Made by a program: the position numbers and the translations under genes | Assembly: GCA_964250225.1 (NCBI GenBank) | Contig: CAXUEY010000002.1 | Coordinates: forward strand, 17,231-81,230 | Direction: 5' to 3' | Length of the DNA: 64,000 bases | DNA from: an uncultured Ktedonobacteraceae bacterium | Lineage (GTDB): Bacteria; Chloroflexota; Ktedonobacteria; Ktedonobacterales; Ktedonobacteraceae | Shown here: piece after piece, positions 1 to 9,599 of the stretch | How the letters are laid out: each line of letters starts with the position of its first letter | Numbering within the stretch: the stretch's first letter is position 1 | The notes under the pieces: generated by a model | What the model was told of the DNA's origin: nothing | The model's input: the letters and a program-made list of their open reading frames with translations, nothing else | Databases searched by the model: none

Positions 1-455
1 AAAGTTTTGTGCAGTACTATGGTAGCGAAGCCCTCGATGCCAGCTCGCTGTTGATGGTCCTGACCAAGTTTGCCGGCGCCTCCGATGTTCGTATGCTCAA
101 CACAATCAGCGCTATTCAAAAAGAACTGACCAGCGATTCCCTCGTCAATCGCTACATTCCTCAGCAAGCGGCCAGCGATGGTCTGGGGACGCTCGAAGGC
201 ACATTCAGCCCGTGTAGCTTCTGGCTGGCCGAGAGCCTGGCACGCGCGGGCCTGGTGGACGAGGGACGCCTTATGCTGGAAAAGATGCTGACTTACTCCA
301 ACCACGTCGGCTTATACGCTGAAGAGGTTGGGCCAACCGGCGAAGCGCTGGGAAACTTTCCGCAGGCCTTCACACATCTCTCACTTATCACCGCCTGTAC
401 AAACATCGACCAGGCGCTCAATAAGTCGCACACCAATGGAGCGATATTCCGCTAA
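1..455 (+). CDS. Glycoside hydrolase family 15 (glucoamylase/trehalase-like), C-terminal fragment; 5' end lies outside the window
   Basis: The reading frame is open to the window edge, so the listed Met at 9 is probably internal. The C-terminal 'EALGNFPQAFTHLSLITA' resembles the conserved end of GH15 catalytic barrels. Confidence 0.6.
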   Translation, partial: SFVQYYGSEALDASSLLMVLTKFAGASDVRMLNTISAIQKELTSDSLVNRYIPQQAASDGLGTLEGTFSPCSFWLAESLARAGLVDEGRLMLEKMLTYSNHVGLYAEEVGPTGEALGNFPQAFTHLSLITACTNIDQALNKSHTNGAIFR

Positions 456-506
456 CCCCTCTTCATAGAAACGCTGAACATCAGGAGCGAGCGTACAACA
501 ACCTGC

Positions 507-1301
507 CTACTCGCTCCTGGCCTCCAGACGATGCCTGATAGAGTGCATAAGCGAACGTCTGCATACAATAAAGGCCACCAGAAGTGCGAGCACAATGCCG
601 ATGGCGGGGAATGTATAAAAATGCATCAGGTGCAGCGCCTCTTTCCAGCGCGGACCCAGTTCCCAACCAACGAGCAGGCAGGTTGTACACCAGATGGTAG
701 AGCCGAGTAAGGAAGCCAGCACAAAACGGGGCAACGGCATAGCAGAGATGCCAGCAGGGAAACAGGCAAATGGGCGAATATATGGGATGATGCGCGAAAA
801 GAAAATCATACGCCAACCCGCCTGAGCAAACCAGCGTTCGGCCAGCCGCACTTTCCGCTCATCAATGCGCAGAAAGCGGGTCAGGCGCAGCAGCAGCGGC
901 TCTCCATAGCGCCTGCCCAGACCATACGCGCAACAGGCCCCTAGCAGACTACCGCTAATTGCCACGAAGAGTAAAAGGCCCAGATTCACTCGACCCAATG
1001 CAGCAAGCGCTCCAGTACTGAGCAACAACGTTGTATTGAGGATAGGCACACCACTACTCTCCAGGAACAAGAAAGTGGCTACTACTATATAAACCAGCAA
1101 TGGAGATATATGTTGCAATATATGCACAACAAAGCCCACATGCGCATCCTTTTCAAAAATCGCCTCGCCTGCGCGAGAACGATGTGTCACAGTTCCTTTC
1201 TTATGACGAACAAACGTTACGTATGGTTGCATTCTGGTAGCTGAGATTGGCGCTGAAGAAAAGAGAAAACCGCCACGTTTCCTGTTGATGTCGATCAGCA
1301 T
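507..1301 (-). CDS. DedA family (SNARE-associated) inner membrane protein
   Basis: Polytopic membrane ORF. 'FLESSGVPILNTT' and 'ERWFAQAGWRMIFFSRIIPYIRPFACFPAGISAMPLPRF..GSTIW' match the DedA signature. The start is uncertain: 1301, or the internal ATG near 1232. Confidence 0.75.
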   Translation of the reverse strand: MLIDINRKRGGFLFSSAPISATRMQPYVTFVRHKKGTVTHRSRAGEAIFEKDAHVGFVVHILQHISPLLVYIVVATFLFLESSGVPILNTTLLLSTGALAALGRVNLGLLLFVAISGSLLGACCAYGLGRRYGEPLLLRLTRFLRIDERKVRLAERWFAQAGWRMIFFSRIIPYIRPFACFPAGISAMPLPRFVLASLLGSTIWCTTCLLVGWELGPRWKEALHLMHFYTFPAIGIVLALLVAFIVCRRSLMHSIRHRLEARSE

Positions 1302-1382
1302 TTTCTCAGTGCGAACAACATTATCTTTGCATTTTAGCGCAGAGATGAGATATACTTCATGCTAATTGTCTGGAGAGTAAAG

Positions 1383-1862
1383 ATGATCACTGTTATCAAA
1401 CTCAGCCACAAGGGCGAAGAGCAGACACGCTATGATGCAGAGGTGCGCACCCATCTAGCCAACGGAGTAATCCTGGATGCCTATTGGAAACGCGCGCGCA
1501 TGGATCTGGGGTATACGCTCTTTGAACCGGGGGACCATTTTACCGAATATTTTTACACAGATCGCTGGTTTAATATTTTTGCCATCGCAAGCGTGAACGG
1601 TCAGCACAAGGGCTGGTACTGTAATATTGCCATGCCCGCGCAGATCGGCGAGGAGCGCATTGAGCAGATCGACCTGCTGCTCGATGTCTGGGTCAGACCA
1701 GATGGCGAAGTGCTGTTGCTCGATGAAGAAGAATTTGCCGCCGAGACCACGCTGACAGAAGCGCAACGCAGTGGCGCGCGTCAGGGGTTGCAAGAGTTGC
1801 TGTCGCTGATCCACGCCCGCCACGAACCATTTCACCAGGATAGTATGGATAGCATACCCTAA
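1383..1862 (+). CDS. DUF402 domain protein (FAU-1/Ntdp-like)
   Basis: 'FYTDRWFNIFAI', 'GWYCNIAMP' and 'IDLLLDVWVRPDG' form the DUF402 core. I moved the start to ATG 1383, which follows GGAGAG; the ORF track starts at 1359. Confidence 0.7.
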   Translation: MITVIKLSHKGEEQTRYDAEVRTHLANGVILDAYWKRARMDLGYTLFEPGDHFTEYFYTDRWFNIFAIASVNGQHKGWYCNIAMPAQIGEERIEQIDLLLDVWVRPDGEVLLLDEEEFAAETTLTEAQRSGARQGLQELLSLIHARHEPFHQDSMDSIP

Positions 1863-2374
1863 TGCGTTTGTATGTGTTTGGGTGAGATGTCTTCCACTGA
1901 CCACGTGCCGAAAAATTTGATGGCATGTGCGTGATAGACTTCCAGAATATCGCGGATCGCCTCGACCTCCTGGGCGGTCGTAGCATGAATATGCAGAATA
2001 TGATGGCCCTTGTACGCTTCAGATTTATAGACCGCCGCCCCCGTTTCATCGGTTGTGCCCTGAAAACTGGACAGAAAACGCTGCAGCCAGTTGCGGTTGG
2101 CCTCCAGTTCTCCAATTTTCTGCAACTCCTCGTGACTCTCCATCAAACGAATATCACGCACATTATATCCCGCGTCTAAAAAAGCTTGCGCGGCCATCTG
2201 CGCCTCCCACAGGTCATCAATCACCGCCACAACATAGTTACGCGGATAGATGGACCCGCTGACCGTTTGCGGAAACTTTGGATGGTATGCTTGAGTCATG
2301 GCAATGATCTCTCCATTTCTACATGAATGGATGCTCACCTCTTCCATCGGCATCCCTTTTTCCTTCTTTCTCAA
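1859..2374 (-). CDS. Hypothetical protein
   Basis: 171-aa ORF with balanced composition and no family recognised. The likely start is ATG 2353, preceded by GAAGGAAAAAGGG. Its stop codon overlaps the stop of the convergent DUF402 gene. Confidence 0.5.
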   Translation of the reverse strand: MRKKEKGMPMEEVSIHSCRNGEIIAMTQAYHPKFPQTVSGSIYPRNYVVAVIDDLWEAQMAAQAFLDAGYNVRDIRLMESHEELQKIGELEANRNWLQRFLSSFQGTTDETGAAVYKSEAYKGHHILHIHATTAQEVEAIRDILEVYHAHAIKFFGTWSVEDISPKHIQTH

Positions 2375-2585
2375 TCGGCTAAAAAGAGATGTTCATTAGA
2401 GTCTTGCTATATTTTTCTCCACCAACTATCGTTCTATCCAAACATTGCCGAGCCTTCAATTTGGGCAATAGCATTCAGGTTGTATCGCTTTCCCTCTTCC
2501 CCAGACCATACATGCCGCTTGACCATAAAAGTAGGCCAAACAAATCGGTCTGTCTTACGACTATAGGAAATCTTAATTATGAACG

Positions 2586-3644
2586 CTATTCCTGTATTGC
2601 ACAAGCATCTCCACTCGTCGCATCCGCGTCCTGCACCACAAACGAGGCAGGCGTGGGCAAAGAGAGCAGCCGCGCGCGTGTGGAGGCAATGGCCAGTTCG
2701 CCCTGGTCGGAGGCCAGCCAGCGGCGCCCAAGCTGCTCGGCCACGGCAGGGGTCACACCGCTGCCACAGAAACAATCGAGTACGAGGTCGCCGGGTTCGG
2801 AGGAGGCGAGCAGGATACGTTCAAGGAGCATGGCAGGTTTTTGTGTAGCATAGCCGGTGCGTTCGGGGTCGCGCTGGTGCAGATGGCTGATGTCGCTCCA
2901 CACATCCGTTGGGGTCATGCGGCTCTCCTCAGAATAGATGTAGACGCGCCCATTGGCCTTGATGCTCCAGTGGACCTGGCCATGCTCGTCGAGATGTTTG
3001 CGCATGTGGTTACGTTTCTGTCCCCCGCGCCTCTCACCAATCCGCTCACCGTGAAAACAGTAATCAGCAGATTTGCTATAGAAAAGGATCGTATCGTGCT
3101 TGCGTGCATAGCGCCGTGTAGCCCGTCCGCCAGATTGGTAATGCCAGATAATCTCGTTTTGAAAACCTGAGCTTCTTCCATCCAGATTCGCGCCAAAGAT
3201 CTCATCAAGCAAGATACGGGCATAATGGGCCACGCGCCAATCCAGGTGAACATATAGACAACCATCCTCCGCCAACAGAGCATGCAATAAACGTAGGGTT
3301 GTCGCGAGCCAGGGAATATACGCTTCCAGATCCCCCTGCCATCTATCGCTATACGCCAGAGCGGACCCGCTCATAAAGTCGCGCCCGGTCATAAATGGCG
3401 GATCGATGTAGGCCAGGTCAACGCGACCCGCGAACTCCGCCAACAGAGCTGCCAGCACCTGCGCGCGTTCTCCCTGGATCAGCCGATTCTGCCAGTTCTC
3501 CACAGCTTTGCCTTCGGGATAGATCGCGCGGGTAGACAGACGTGGCCGTATCTCAGGCTCGTCTGGGTACTGCGTACGCTCTTTATCGCGCCAATATAAT
3601 TCAACCATGTGTGTCGAAATTCCCTTTATACCTGTTAATTGCAC
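2586..3644 (-). CDS. Site-specific DNA methyltransferase, beta-class N6/N4 family (probably m6A)
   Basis: Motif IV 'IDPPFMTG' is N-terminal and SAM motif I 'LVLDCFCGSGVTPAVA' is C-terminal, which is the beta-class order. 'IIWHYQSGGRATRRYARKHDTILFYSKS' is typical of the N6_N4_Mtase fold. The start may be 3608. Confidence 0.85.
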   Translation of the reverse strand: MQLTGIKGISTHMVELYWRDKERTQYPDEPEIRPRLSTRAIYPEGKAVENWQNRLIQGERAQVLAALLAEFAGRVDLAYIDPPFMTGRDFMSGSALAYSDRWQGDLEAYIPWLATTLRLLHALLAEDGCLYVHLDWRVAHYARILLDEIFGANLDGRSSGFQNEIIWHYQSGGRATRRYARKHDTILFYSKSADYCFHGERIGERRGGQKRNHMRKHLDEHGQVHWSIKANGRVYIYSEESRMTPTDVWSDISHLHQRDPERTGYATQKPAMLLERILLASSEPGDLVLDCFCGSGVTPAVAEQLGRRWLASDQGELAIASTRARLLSLPTPASFVVQDADATSGDACAIQE

Positions 3645-3842
3645 TTTCTAAAGAACAGAAACCGGCGAAAGCCTGACAGATAATTGCTGCATCTGATAGG
3701 CAGACTATCGCGAGAGGTTCCGCGACCATTATGCTTGTATATAGTATAGTGAAAACCGTCGTACATGGCTAATGAGATCGAACGTCTACAGACATGATAT
3801 AATGGCGTAACATGAAAGATATGTGGGGGGAACAAGACAATT

Positions 3843-4238
3843 ATGCTCTGGCTTTTAACATTTGGCTGTATCGTTGCCTATATCGCTGGCCTGATCCTGC
3901 TGGTGAAGATTATGCCCGGCCTGCTGAAACGCGCATATGATGACGCGTTGTTTATCGGCGTTGCTGCGGTGGCCGTCCTGGGGGCCATGCTTGCTTTTGG
4001 AGCGATTGGCATCACATTCGCCACCTTCAGCGGAAATGCGCTTGTCCGTATCTTCGACGGGCTGCTCGTGCTCATTCTCCTGCTTACCGCGCTGCGCACC
4101 GCTATCGGAGCCTTGCGCCCGCGTTACGGTATCGGCGTGGGTACCTATCGTGTTTCACGTATTCTGACCGGCGGCTTTTTTCTCGCCGTCGCAGCCGCTG
4201 CTGTATATATCCTGATTTTACTGTTCATACCGGCATAA
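3843..4238 (+). CDS. Small integral membrane protein, unknown function
   Basis: 131 aa with four hydrophobic segments. No family recognised. Confidence 0.55.
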   Translation: MLWLLTFGCIVAYIAGLILLVKIMPGLLKRAYDDALFIGVAAVAVLGAMLAFGAIGITFATFSGNALVRIFDGLLVLILLLTALRTAIGALRPRYGIGVGTYRVSRILTGGFFLAVAAAAVYILILLFIPA

Positions 4239-4469
4239 CGTACCTCTCCCTTCGCTGCCTCTGAGCCTGGGCTCGTTCGATAGAGAGCGCATTCCTATAT
4301 GGAACGCCGTCCCCAGGCCGCTTGTGTGAGGGCAGTTTCGGAACCTCCATAAAAGCTGTACATTTTGATACACTGATATACTGGCATTACACAGCGTTGT
4401 GTATCCTGGAAATAGATACGGCACATAGCAAAATATATATTGTTATGGATTTATAGAAGGGATGAGCAA

Positions 4470-5585
4470 ATGTGCAATCAGCGAGTACAACACGCACGGC
4501 CATATATGCAAACGAGATGGCCAGGCCTCTTCACTCTGTTTCTGCTCGTCTGCCTGCTCGCGCTGAACGCGTGCGGCAGCCTCAACAACAGTCAATCCGT
4601 TAAAAAAGCTGGGGATCACGCGCAAGCTGCCCTGGCTATCTCTTTGCGTCAGCAGGGCCAGACGCAACTGCGCGCCTTTCAGCAGTGGATTGCTCTGATG
4701 CAGCAGTTTCAGGGCAATACCAGTTCTTATCAACAGACCTATACCAGCGATCAGCGTGCATTGAGGAGCGCCAGAACCAATGCCACGTATCACACAGCGT
4801 TAAATACACTAACAGAGCATGTTGATCACATCAAAATAGCCGCGCTGAAGGCCGAAGCTGGCGATCTCCAGCAACAATTAAACCAGCAGTACACCGCCTG
4901 GAGTCAGGCCCATACCTATCACGACGCGTACAACAATACGACCTATCACCTGGGCTTTGAATACGGTCCCGATGGTATGGGTGGGATCATCTCAGACGAC
5001 CTGAGTAGCGCGAAAACCCTGGCCGACTATCAACAAGCGGTTGAGGATGCCAGTACCGCGCTGACCAGTTTCCGAGCGTATAAAGACAACGTGAATAATC
5101 CTACACCCTGGAACAAGGCCCACGTGTCCGACCTTCTGCTTATGCAGCACTATGGTTTCACCAACCAGAAGGTCGTCGTCATTTCTTTAAGTGAACAGAC
5201 CATGCGTGTGTACGATGGTGCACAACTGGTCAAGGCTTTCCACGTGACCACAGGTCGGCCCGCGCGACCCAGCCTGCCCGGTTCCTGGCAGGTTGAAAAC
5301 AAACTCTCGCCGACTGTTTTTAAGTCCGATGCTCCCGTCGGCTCGACCTACTGGTATCCCGACACGCCCATCCACTACGCCCTGCTCTATCATAGTGGCG
5401 GCTACTTTATTCACGACAGTTGGTGGCGTGACGACTATGGTCCCAACACGCAGTTTCCCCATGTGGACTCCAGCGGAGACTCGTTCTCTTTTGATGGCTC
5501 CCACGGCTGCGTCAACGTCACCACAAACAACGCCGCCTGGATCTATCAGTACGCCGATACGCATACCCATGTCCTGATCTACTAA
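4470..5585 (+). CDS. L,D-transpeptidase (YkuD domain) lipoprotein
   Basis: The C-terminal 'HSGGYFIHDSWW...DGSHGCVNV' is the YkuD catalytic His/Cys motif. The N-terminus has a signal peptide with a lipobox-like 'LALNAC'. The start was set at ATG 4470 after AGGGA; the ORF track starts at 4440 (TTG). Confidence 0.85.
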   Translation: MCNQRVQHARPYMQTRWPGLFTLFLLVCLLALNACGSLNNSQSVKKAGDHAQAALAISLRQQGQTQLRAFQQWIALMQQFQGNTSSYQQTYTSDQRALRSARTNATYHTALNTLTEHVDHIKIAALKAEAGDLQQQLNQQYTAWSQAHTYHDAYNNTTYHLGFEYGPDGMGGIISDDLSSAKTLADYQQAVEDASTALTSFRAYKDNVNNPTPWNKAHVSDLLLMQHYGFTNQKVVVISLSEQTMRVYDGAQLVKAFHVTTGRPARPSLPGSWQVENKLSPTVFKSDAPVGSTYWYPDTPIHYALLYHSGGYFIHDSWWRDDYGPNTQFPHVDSSGDSFSFDGSHGCVNVTTNNAAWIYQYADTHTHVLIY

Positions 5586-5606
5586 ATAAGCCATGTGGAA
5601 GTGGAC

Positions 5607-5660
5607 ATGAGCGTGAGAGAAACTGCACACATGCAGATCCTCTCACGCTCATCCTTTTTT
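5607..5660 (+). terminator. Intrinsic terminator downstream of the L,D-transpeptidase gene
   Basis: A 13-bp stem (ATGAGCGTGAGAG at 5607-5619, CTCTCACGCTCAT at 5640-5652) has an inner CTGCA/TGCAG pairing in the loop. It is followed by CC-TTTTTT (5653-5660). Confidence 0.6.
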
Positions 5661-5685
5661 CCTGGTTATGAAGAAAAAAATCTGT

Positions 5686-6615
5686 CTAAGCGGGTGTAAT
5701 CAACACGCTGAACTTATCCCAGATATTCATAAACTGTGTATGCGTGAGCACTGTGCGGTTGGTCATTGAGGAGTCCACCACATAGACATTATTGGCATCG
5801 CCACCCTTCACCACCATAATATGGCCAGGGATACCAACAATCACCGGCATCCCACTGTTCGCCACGTCGATCAGATCTTGTAAGGTGCGCGGGGGAGTGG
5901 AACTGGCTTTGAAACCAAAATAGGCCGCCGCGCGCGCCATGGCCGGCTCGCCACCAGTCAGGCCATCGTAGGTATTCCAGATGCCCATATTCTGTTCCAC
6001 CTGTAAAACATCCGAGGCAATATAGTGATGCCCATAGGCGTTCATCACCTCTTCCAGTGAAATACCCGAACAGGACGACCAGGACCAGACTTGATACTCG
6101 GACTGGGTGGCGTACTGATTACGGTCCGCTGAATTCACGCGCACAATGCGCGAGCTGGCGGTATCGGGAGCTGGCTGAAACGCAGTTGAAAGCGCCTGGG
6201 CGGAAAGTTGCGTATTATTTGTAGTGCTTGAAGCAATGGCTCGCGTAAGCTTGTGGAACATATCGCCTGCCGCCCCGGTTTGAATCAACAGGCCCAGGGC
6301 AATCATCATAAGCAGCCCCAGGGAAACCACCGAGCGGCGTCGGCTATACCAGCCTGACGAAAGGTGCGCCGAAGATACTACTGCTGGTAAGGAATGGGTC
6401 AGCTCTAGCGGTGCCTGATTCTCGACCCCAACCATAGATCCATCCCTCAACTGCATCACCACCATCATGCGACCCGTCGTTGTTGAGATCTCATCTTTCT
6501 GCCGCGCAAGTTCACGCAAATGTTTGCGGCGTGCGATCCAGGCGCTGAGCAGAAAACTGCCAATAATCAAGAACACCGCAGCAAGCAAAAGCGCCGTAAC
6601 TATGACAGCCGACAT
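5686..6615 (-). CDS. Membrane-anchored protein with C-terminal peptidase C39-like (papain-fold) domain
   Basis: N-terminal TM plus a second TM. The C-terminal domain has 'WSSCSGISLEEVMNAYG' (Cys) and 'IPGHIMVVKGGD...VYVVDS' (His), arranged as in C39-like domains. Start ATG 6615 follows GGAGG. Confidence 0.5.
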   Translation of the reverse strand: MSAVIVTALLLAAVFLIIGSFLLSAWIARRKHLRELARQKDEISTTTGRMMVVMQLRDGSMVGVENQAPLELTHSLPAVVSSAHLSSGWYSRRRSVVSLGLLMMIALGLLIQTGAAGDMFHKLTRAIASSTTNNTQLSAQALSTAFQPAPDTASSRIVRVNSADRNQYATQSEYQVWSWSSCSGISLEEVMNAYGHHYIASDVLQVEQNMGIWNTYDGLTGGEPAMARAAAYFGFKASSTPPRTLQDLIDVANSGMPVIVGIPGHIMVVKGGDANNVYVVDSSMTNRTVLTHTQFMNIWDKFSVLITPA

Positions 6616-6928
6616 AAAAAACCTCCATGTTTTGATCCAGAACATCCTTAGTATAGTCACTTTTTCCCGAAATAGCGGGCTTTTTTCTCAAAAACAGCCA
6701 GAATGTGCTATGCTCTATCATTGTTTCTTAACCAATGCGGCTATGCACCCCATAATCACGCGTCCCATTCGGCCTCGACGCTTGCACACAAAAATCGGGC
6801 GGTCAGTCCCCCCTCATCGAGCAAGGTAATGTTCTCAACACCCCCAACTCGCGCGACCGACCGTCCAACTCTGAATTGAAACGTGCGAGAGGGTCATTTC
6901 TGGGGGAGAAATTTTTCCCCTCACCCGT

Positions 6929-8278
6929 TCACAGATCAAAAATCTTGCCGGGATTGAGCAAACCCTGTGGATCGAACAGCCTTTTGAGCTGGCGCATCCA
7001 TTCAACAGCCGCGCCATGCTCATCTTGCAGAAAACGTTTCTTGACCAGGCCAATGCCGTGCTCGCCTGTAGCGGTCCCACCCAGTTCTAGCGCGCGTTTG
7101 GTCAGGCGCAGCGAATAGTCTTCAGCCAGGCCCCACTGATCCCGTTGGACGGCGATGACGGTGTGAAAATTGCCGTCGCCGACATGCCCGATGATACTGC
7201 CGGGCAGGTGCATCTCCTGCAACAGCCCTTGCGCGTAGAGCACCAGGTCGGTCACACGCGAGAGAGGCACCGCCGTGTCTGTACTGTATTGGAAGCAGCC
7301 GGGGTTGCAGCGCACGACCGCCCAGTAGAAGTTGTGACGCGCTTCCCACTGGATGGCTCGCTCCTCCGCACTGCTCGCCGCGTCAATCTCCAGCGCCCCC
7401 GCTTCGCGCATCAGCCGCTCGGCCAGGCGCGCCTCCTCGCTCATGGCCTGGGCGCTGGAACTGTGGAATTCCAGAAAGAGCGCGGGCTTCTCCAGATAGT
7501 GCTGCCCCTGATCGCGGTTGATAAAGCCGAGACTCAGTTCGTCCAGCAATTCAAGACGCGCCACCGGCAGCGCGCTGGCCATGATGCGATACGCCGCCTG
7601 ACTGGCCTCGCGTAAACTGGGGAAGAAAACACGCAGGGTATGCACAAAGGTCGGAATGGGATAGAGACGCAGCACCAGACGTGTGATGATACCCAGTGTG
7701 CCAGCCGCGCCGATAAAGAGATCTTTCAGGTCATAGCCGCTACTCGTTTTGCGCACACTGCGTCCCAACGTGAGCAGTTCGCCGCTGGCCAGCACGACAT
7801 CCATCTCAGCGATGTTCTGGCGCATGCCGCCGTAACGTACCGTGGTTGTGCCGCTGGCATTGGTCGAAGCCATCCCACCCAGCGTGGCATTGGCCCCTGG
7901 ATCAACCGGGAAAAAGAACCGCGTCTGCTCGATGGCCGCGTTCAACTCCTCGCGGGTAATCCCCGGCTCGACCTCGACCAGAAAATCCTCTGGGCGAATC
8001 GCCAATACGCGTTTCATACGCGACAGGTCGAGGCTGAGCGCCGGTCCCTGCGGCGTCAACTGCCCCTCCAGGCTGCTGCCGCCGCCATAGGGAATGACAG
8101 CCACATTCTCTGTGCGCGCCCACGCCAGCGCGTCTTGAACGTCGGCCACCGTTTCGGCAAAGACCACCGCCAGTGGTGGATAGATCTGGGGATAGTTCTT
8201 ATCCTGTCCATGCGCTTCCAGTACCACACGCTCAGTCACCACCTTCGCGCCCAGGCGTTCCTGCAATTGTGTAAGCAT
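6929..8278 (-). CDS. FAD-linked oxidase (GlcD / D-lactate dehydrogenase family)
   Basis: FAD_binding_4 motif 'IPYGGGSSLEGQ'. The C-terminal 'GGTATGEHGIGLVKKRFL' and 'LFDPQGLLNPGKIF' are typical of the GlcD/D-LDH family. Confidence 0.9.
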   Translation of the reverse strand: MLTQLQERLGAKVVTERVVLEAHGQDKNYPQIYPPLAVVFAETVADVQDALAWARTENVAVIPYGGGSSLEGQLTPQGPALSLDLSRMKRVLAIRPEDFLVEVEPGITREELNAAIEQTRFFFPVDPGANATLGGMASTNASGTTTVRYGGMRQNIAEMDVVLASGELLTLGRSVRKTSSGYDLKDLFIGAAGTLGIITRLVLRLYPIPTFVHTLRVFFPSLREASQAAYRIMASALPVARLELLDELSLGFINRDQGQHYLEKPALFLEFHSSSAQAMSEEARLAERLMREAGALEIDAASSAEERAIQWEARHNFYWAVVRCNPGCFQYSTDTAVPLSRVTDLVLYAQGLLQEMHLPGSIIGHVGDGNFHTVIAVQRDQWGLAEDYSLRLTKRALELGGTATGEHGIGLVKKRFLQDEHGAAVEWMRQLKRLFDPQGLLNPGKIFDL

Positions 8279-8407
8279 AGCCAGGCTCTCCTCGCATTTG
8301 TAGATGACACATCAATCTTGCTCTATTGTATCTCATGGAGAGTAGATACAGGCGCCTTTCGCTGATGTGATACGATAGGATCATCGACATCACATGGAGT
8401 AGTAGAC

Positions 8408-9583
8408 ATGAGCGAATATCAGCGTTACGAATTTATGACCGTAGATCGGCCTCTGACACGGGCGCAACTCGACGCGGTCAACGGCCTTTCCAGCCACATT
8501 GAAGCCTCATCCACCCATGCTGTCATCGAATATCATTGGGGCGACTTCAAGCACGATCCCATGAAGGTGTTGCACAAATATTTCGATGGCTTCCTCTACT
8601 GGGCTAACTGGGGTTCGCCGCAACTGGCCCTGCGTTTCCCACACGCAGCCTTGCCCGCCAATCTCCTCGACGAATACGATTGCGACGAGTATGTCACGTT
8701 CACCCAACATCCCGATTATGACATTCTTCATTTCAACTTTGGCGAGATGGAGCCGCCTGACGAATGGGTTAGTTATGAGTTAGGCTCACTTACCCCACTA
8801 CGCGATGAACTCATGGCAGGTGACCTGCGCGCACTCTATATCGGCTGGTTGGGCAGTCAACCCATGATCTCTGGCGCATACGGTGATGAGGACTACGAGC
8901 GGGATGACGATGAAGACGAGGATGAGCAGATAGAAGAGGACAGCGAACTACGAGGAACGCCACCCATCTCGCCCGCGTTCGATAAACTTACGGCGGCACA
9001 ACAGGCACTGGCAGAATTATTACGCGTGCCAGGAGAACTGCTCGCAGCAGCAGGTCAGCATAGCAAAACAGGCAAAGCTACATCCGACGATCACTTTGCA
9101 GCCTGGATCGAGCTATTGCCACTGGAGCGCCGCAATGACTACCTGGTGCGCTTCGCCCAGAACGAGCCGGGCCTGAGCCGCGTGTTGGCTCAGGAGTTGC
9201 GCGAATTAGGTCGAGGTAAAACGCCAGCGCAACCAGCCACTGGTGAACGCGTCCCCTACGCCACACTCTACGCCGAAAGCAAGTCCATCAACGCTAGATG
9301 GAAACGCGAAGAACACGAACGCCAGCGTCAGGCCCGTCTGAGCCATCTGCAAGATATCCACGCTCAGCAGGACACGTACTGGCGTCAGGTTGAGCAGGAA
9401 GCTACACGCGGGACGAGCACAGGCTACGCTGAGGCGGTGAAACTATTGGTCGATCTGCGTGATGCCGCCGAGCACTTTAACGAAACGCCAGCGTTTCAAA
9501 CACGGTTCAGCGCCTGGGTTCAGCCTCACCTGCGCCGGACCGCTCTTGTCAGGCGTTTGCGAGAGAGTACGCTTCTACCATGA
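8408..9583 (+). CDS. Conserved hypothetical protein with internal poly-acidic tract
   Basis: 391-aa ORF. The N-terminal 'MSEYQRYEFMTVDRPLT..' resembles an uncharacterised family seen in actinomycetes and myxobacteria (from memory, unverified). It has an acidic run 'DEDYERDDDEDEDEQIEEDSE'. It ends 16 nt upstream of the next gene. Confidence 0.65.
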   Translation: MSEYQRYEFMTVDRPLTRAQLDAVNGLSSHIEASSTHAVIEYHWGDFKHDPMKVLHKYFDGFLYWANWGSPQLALRFPHAALPANLLDEYDCDEYVTFTQHPDYDILHFNFGEMEPPDEWVSYELGSLTPLRDELMAGDLRALYIGWLGSQPMISGAYGDEDYERDDDEDEDEQIEEDSELRGTPPISPAFDKLTAAQQALAELLRVPGELLAAAGQHSKTGKATSDDHFAAWIELLPLERRNDYLVRFAQNEPGLSRVLAQELRELGRGKTPAQPATGERVPYATLYAESKSINARWKREEHERQRQARLSHLQDIHAQQDTYWRQVEQEATRGTSTGYAEAVKLLVDLRDAAEHFNETPAFQTRFSAWVQPHLRRTALVRRLRESTLLP

Positions 9584-9599
9584 ATCTAGGTGCTGAGCT

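Noticed and set aside
1859-2374. 171-aa ORF considered as the restriction partner of the orphan methyltransferase
   Set aside because: I could find no PD-(D/E)xK, HNH, GIY-YIG or PLD motif, and it is separated from the MTase by 211 nt. It is kept only as an untested idea.
7640-8365. 241-aa + strand ORF
   Set aside because: It is fully antisense to the GlcD-like FAD oxidase, whose motifs are unambiguous. Its translation is Arg/Gln/His-rich with no motif, which is typical of shadow ORFs in GC-rich DNA.
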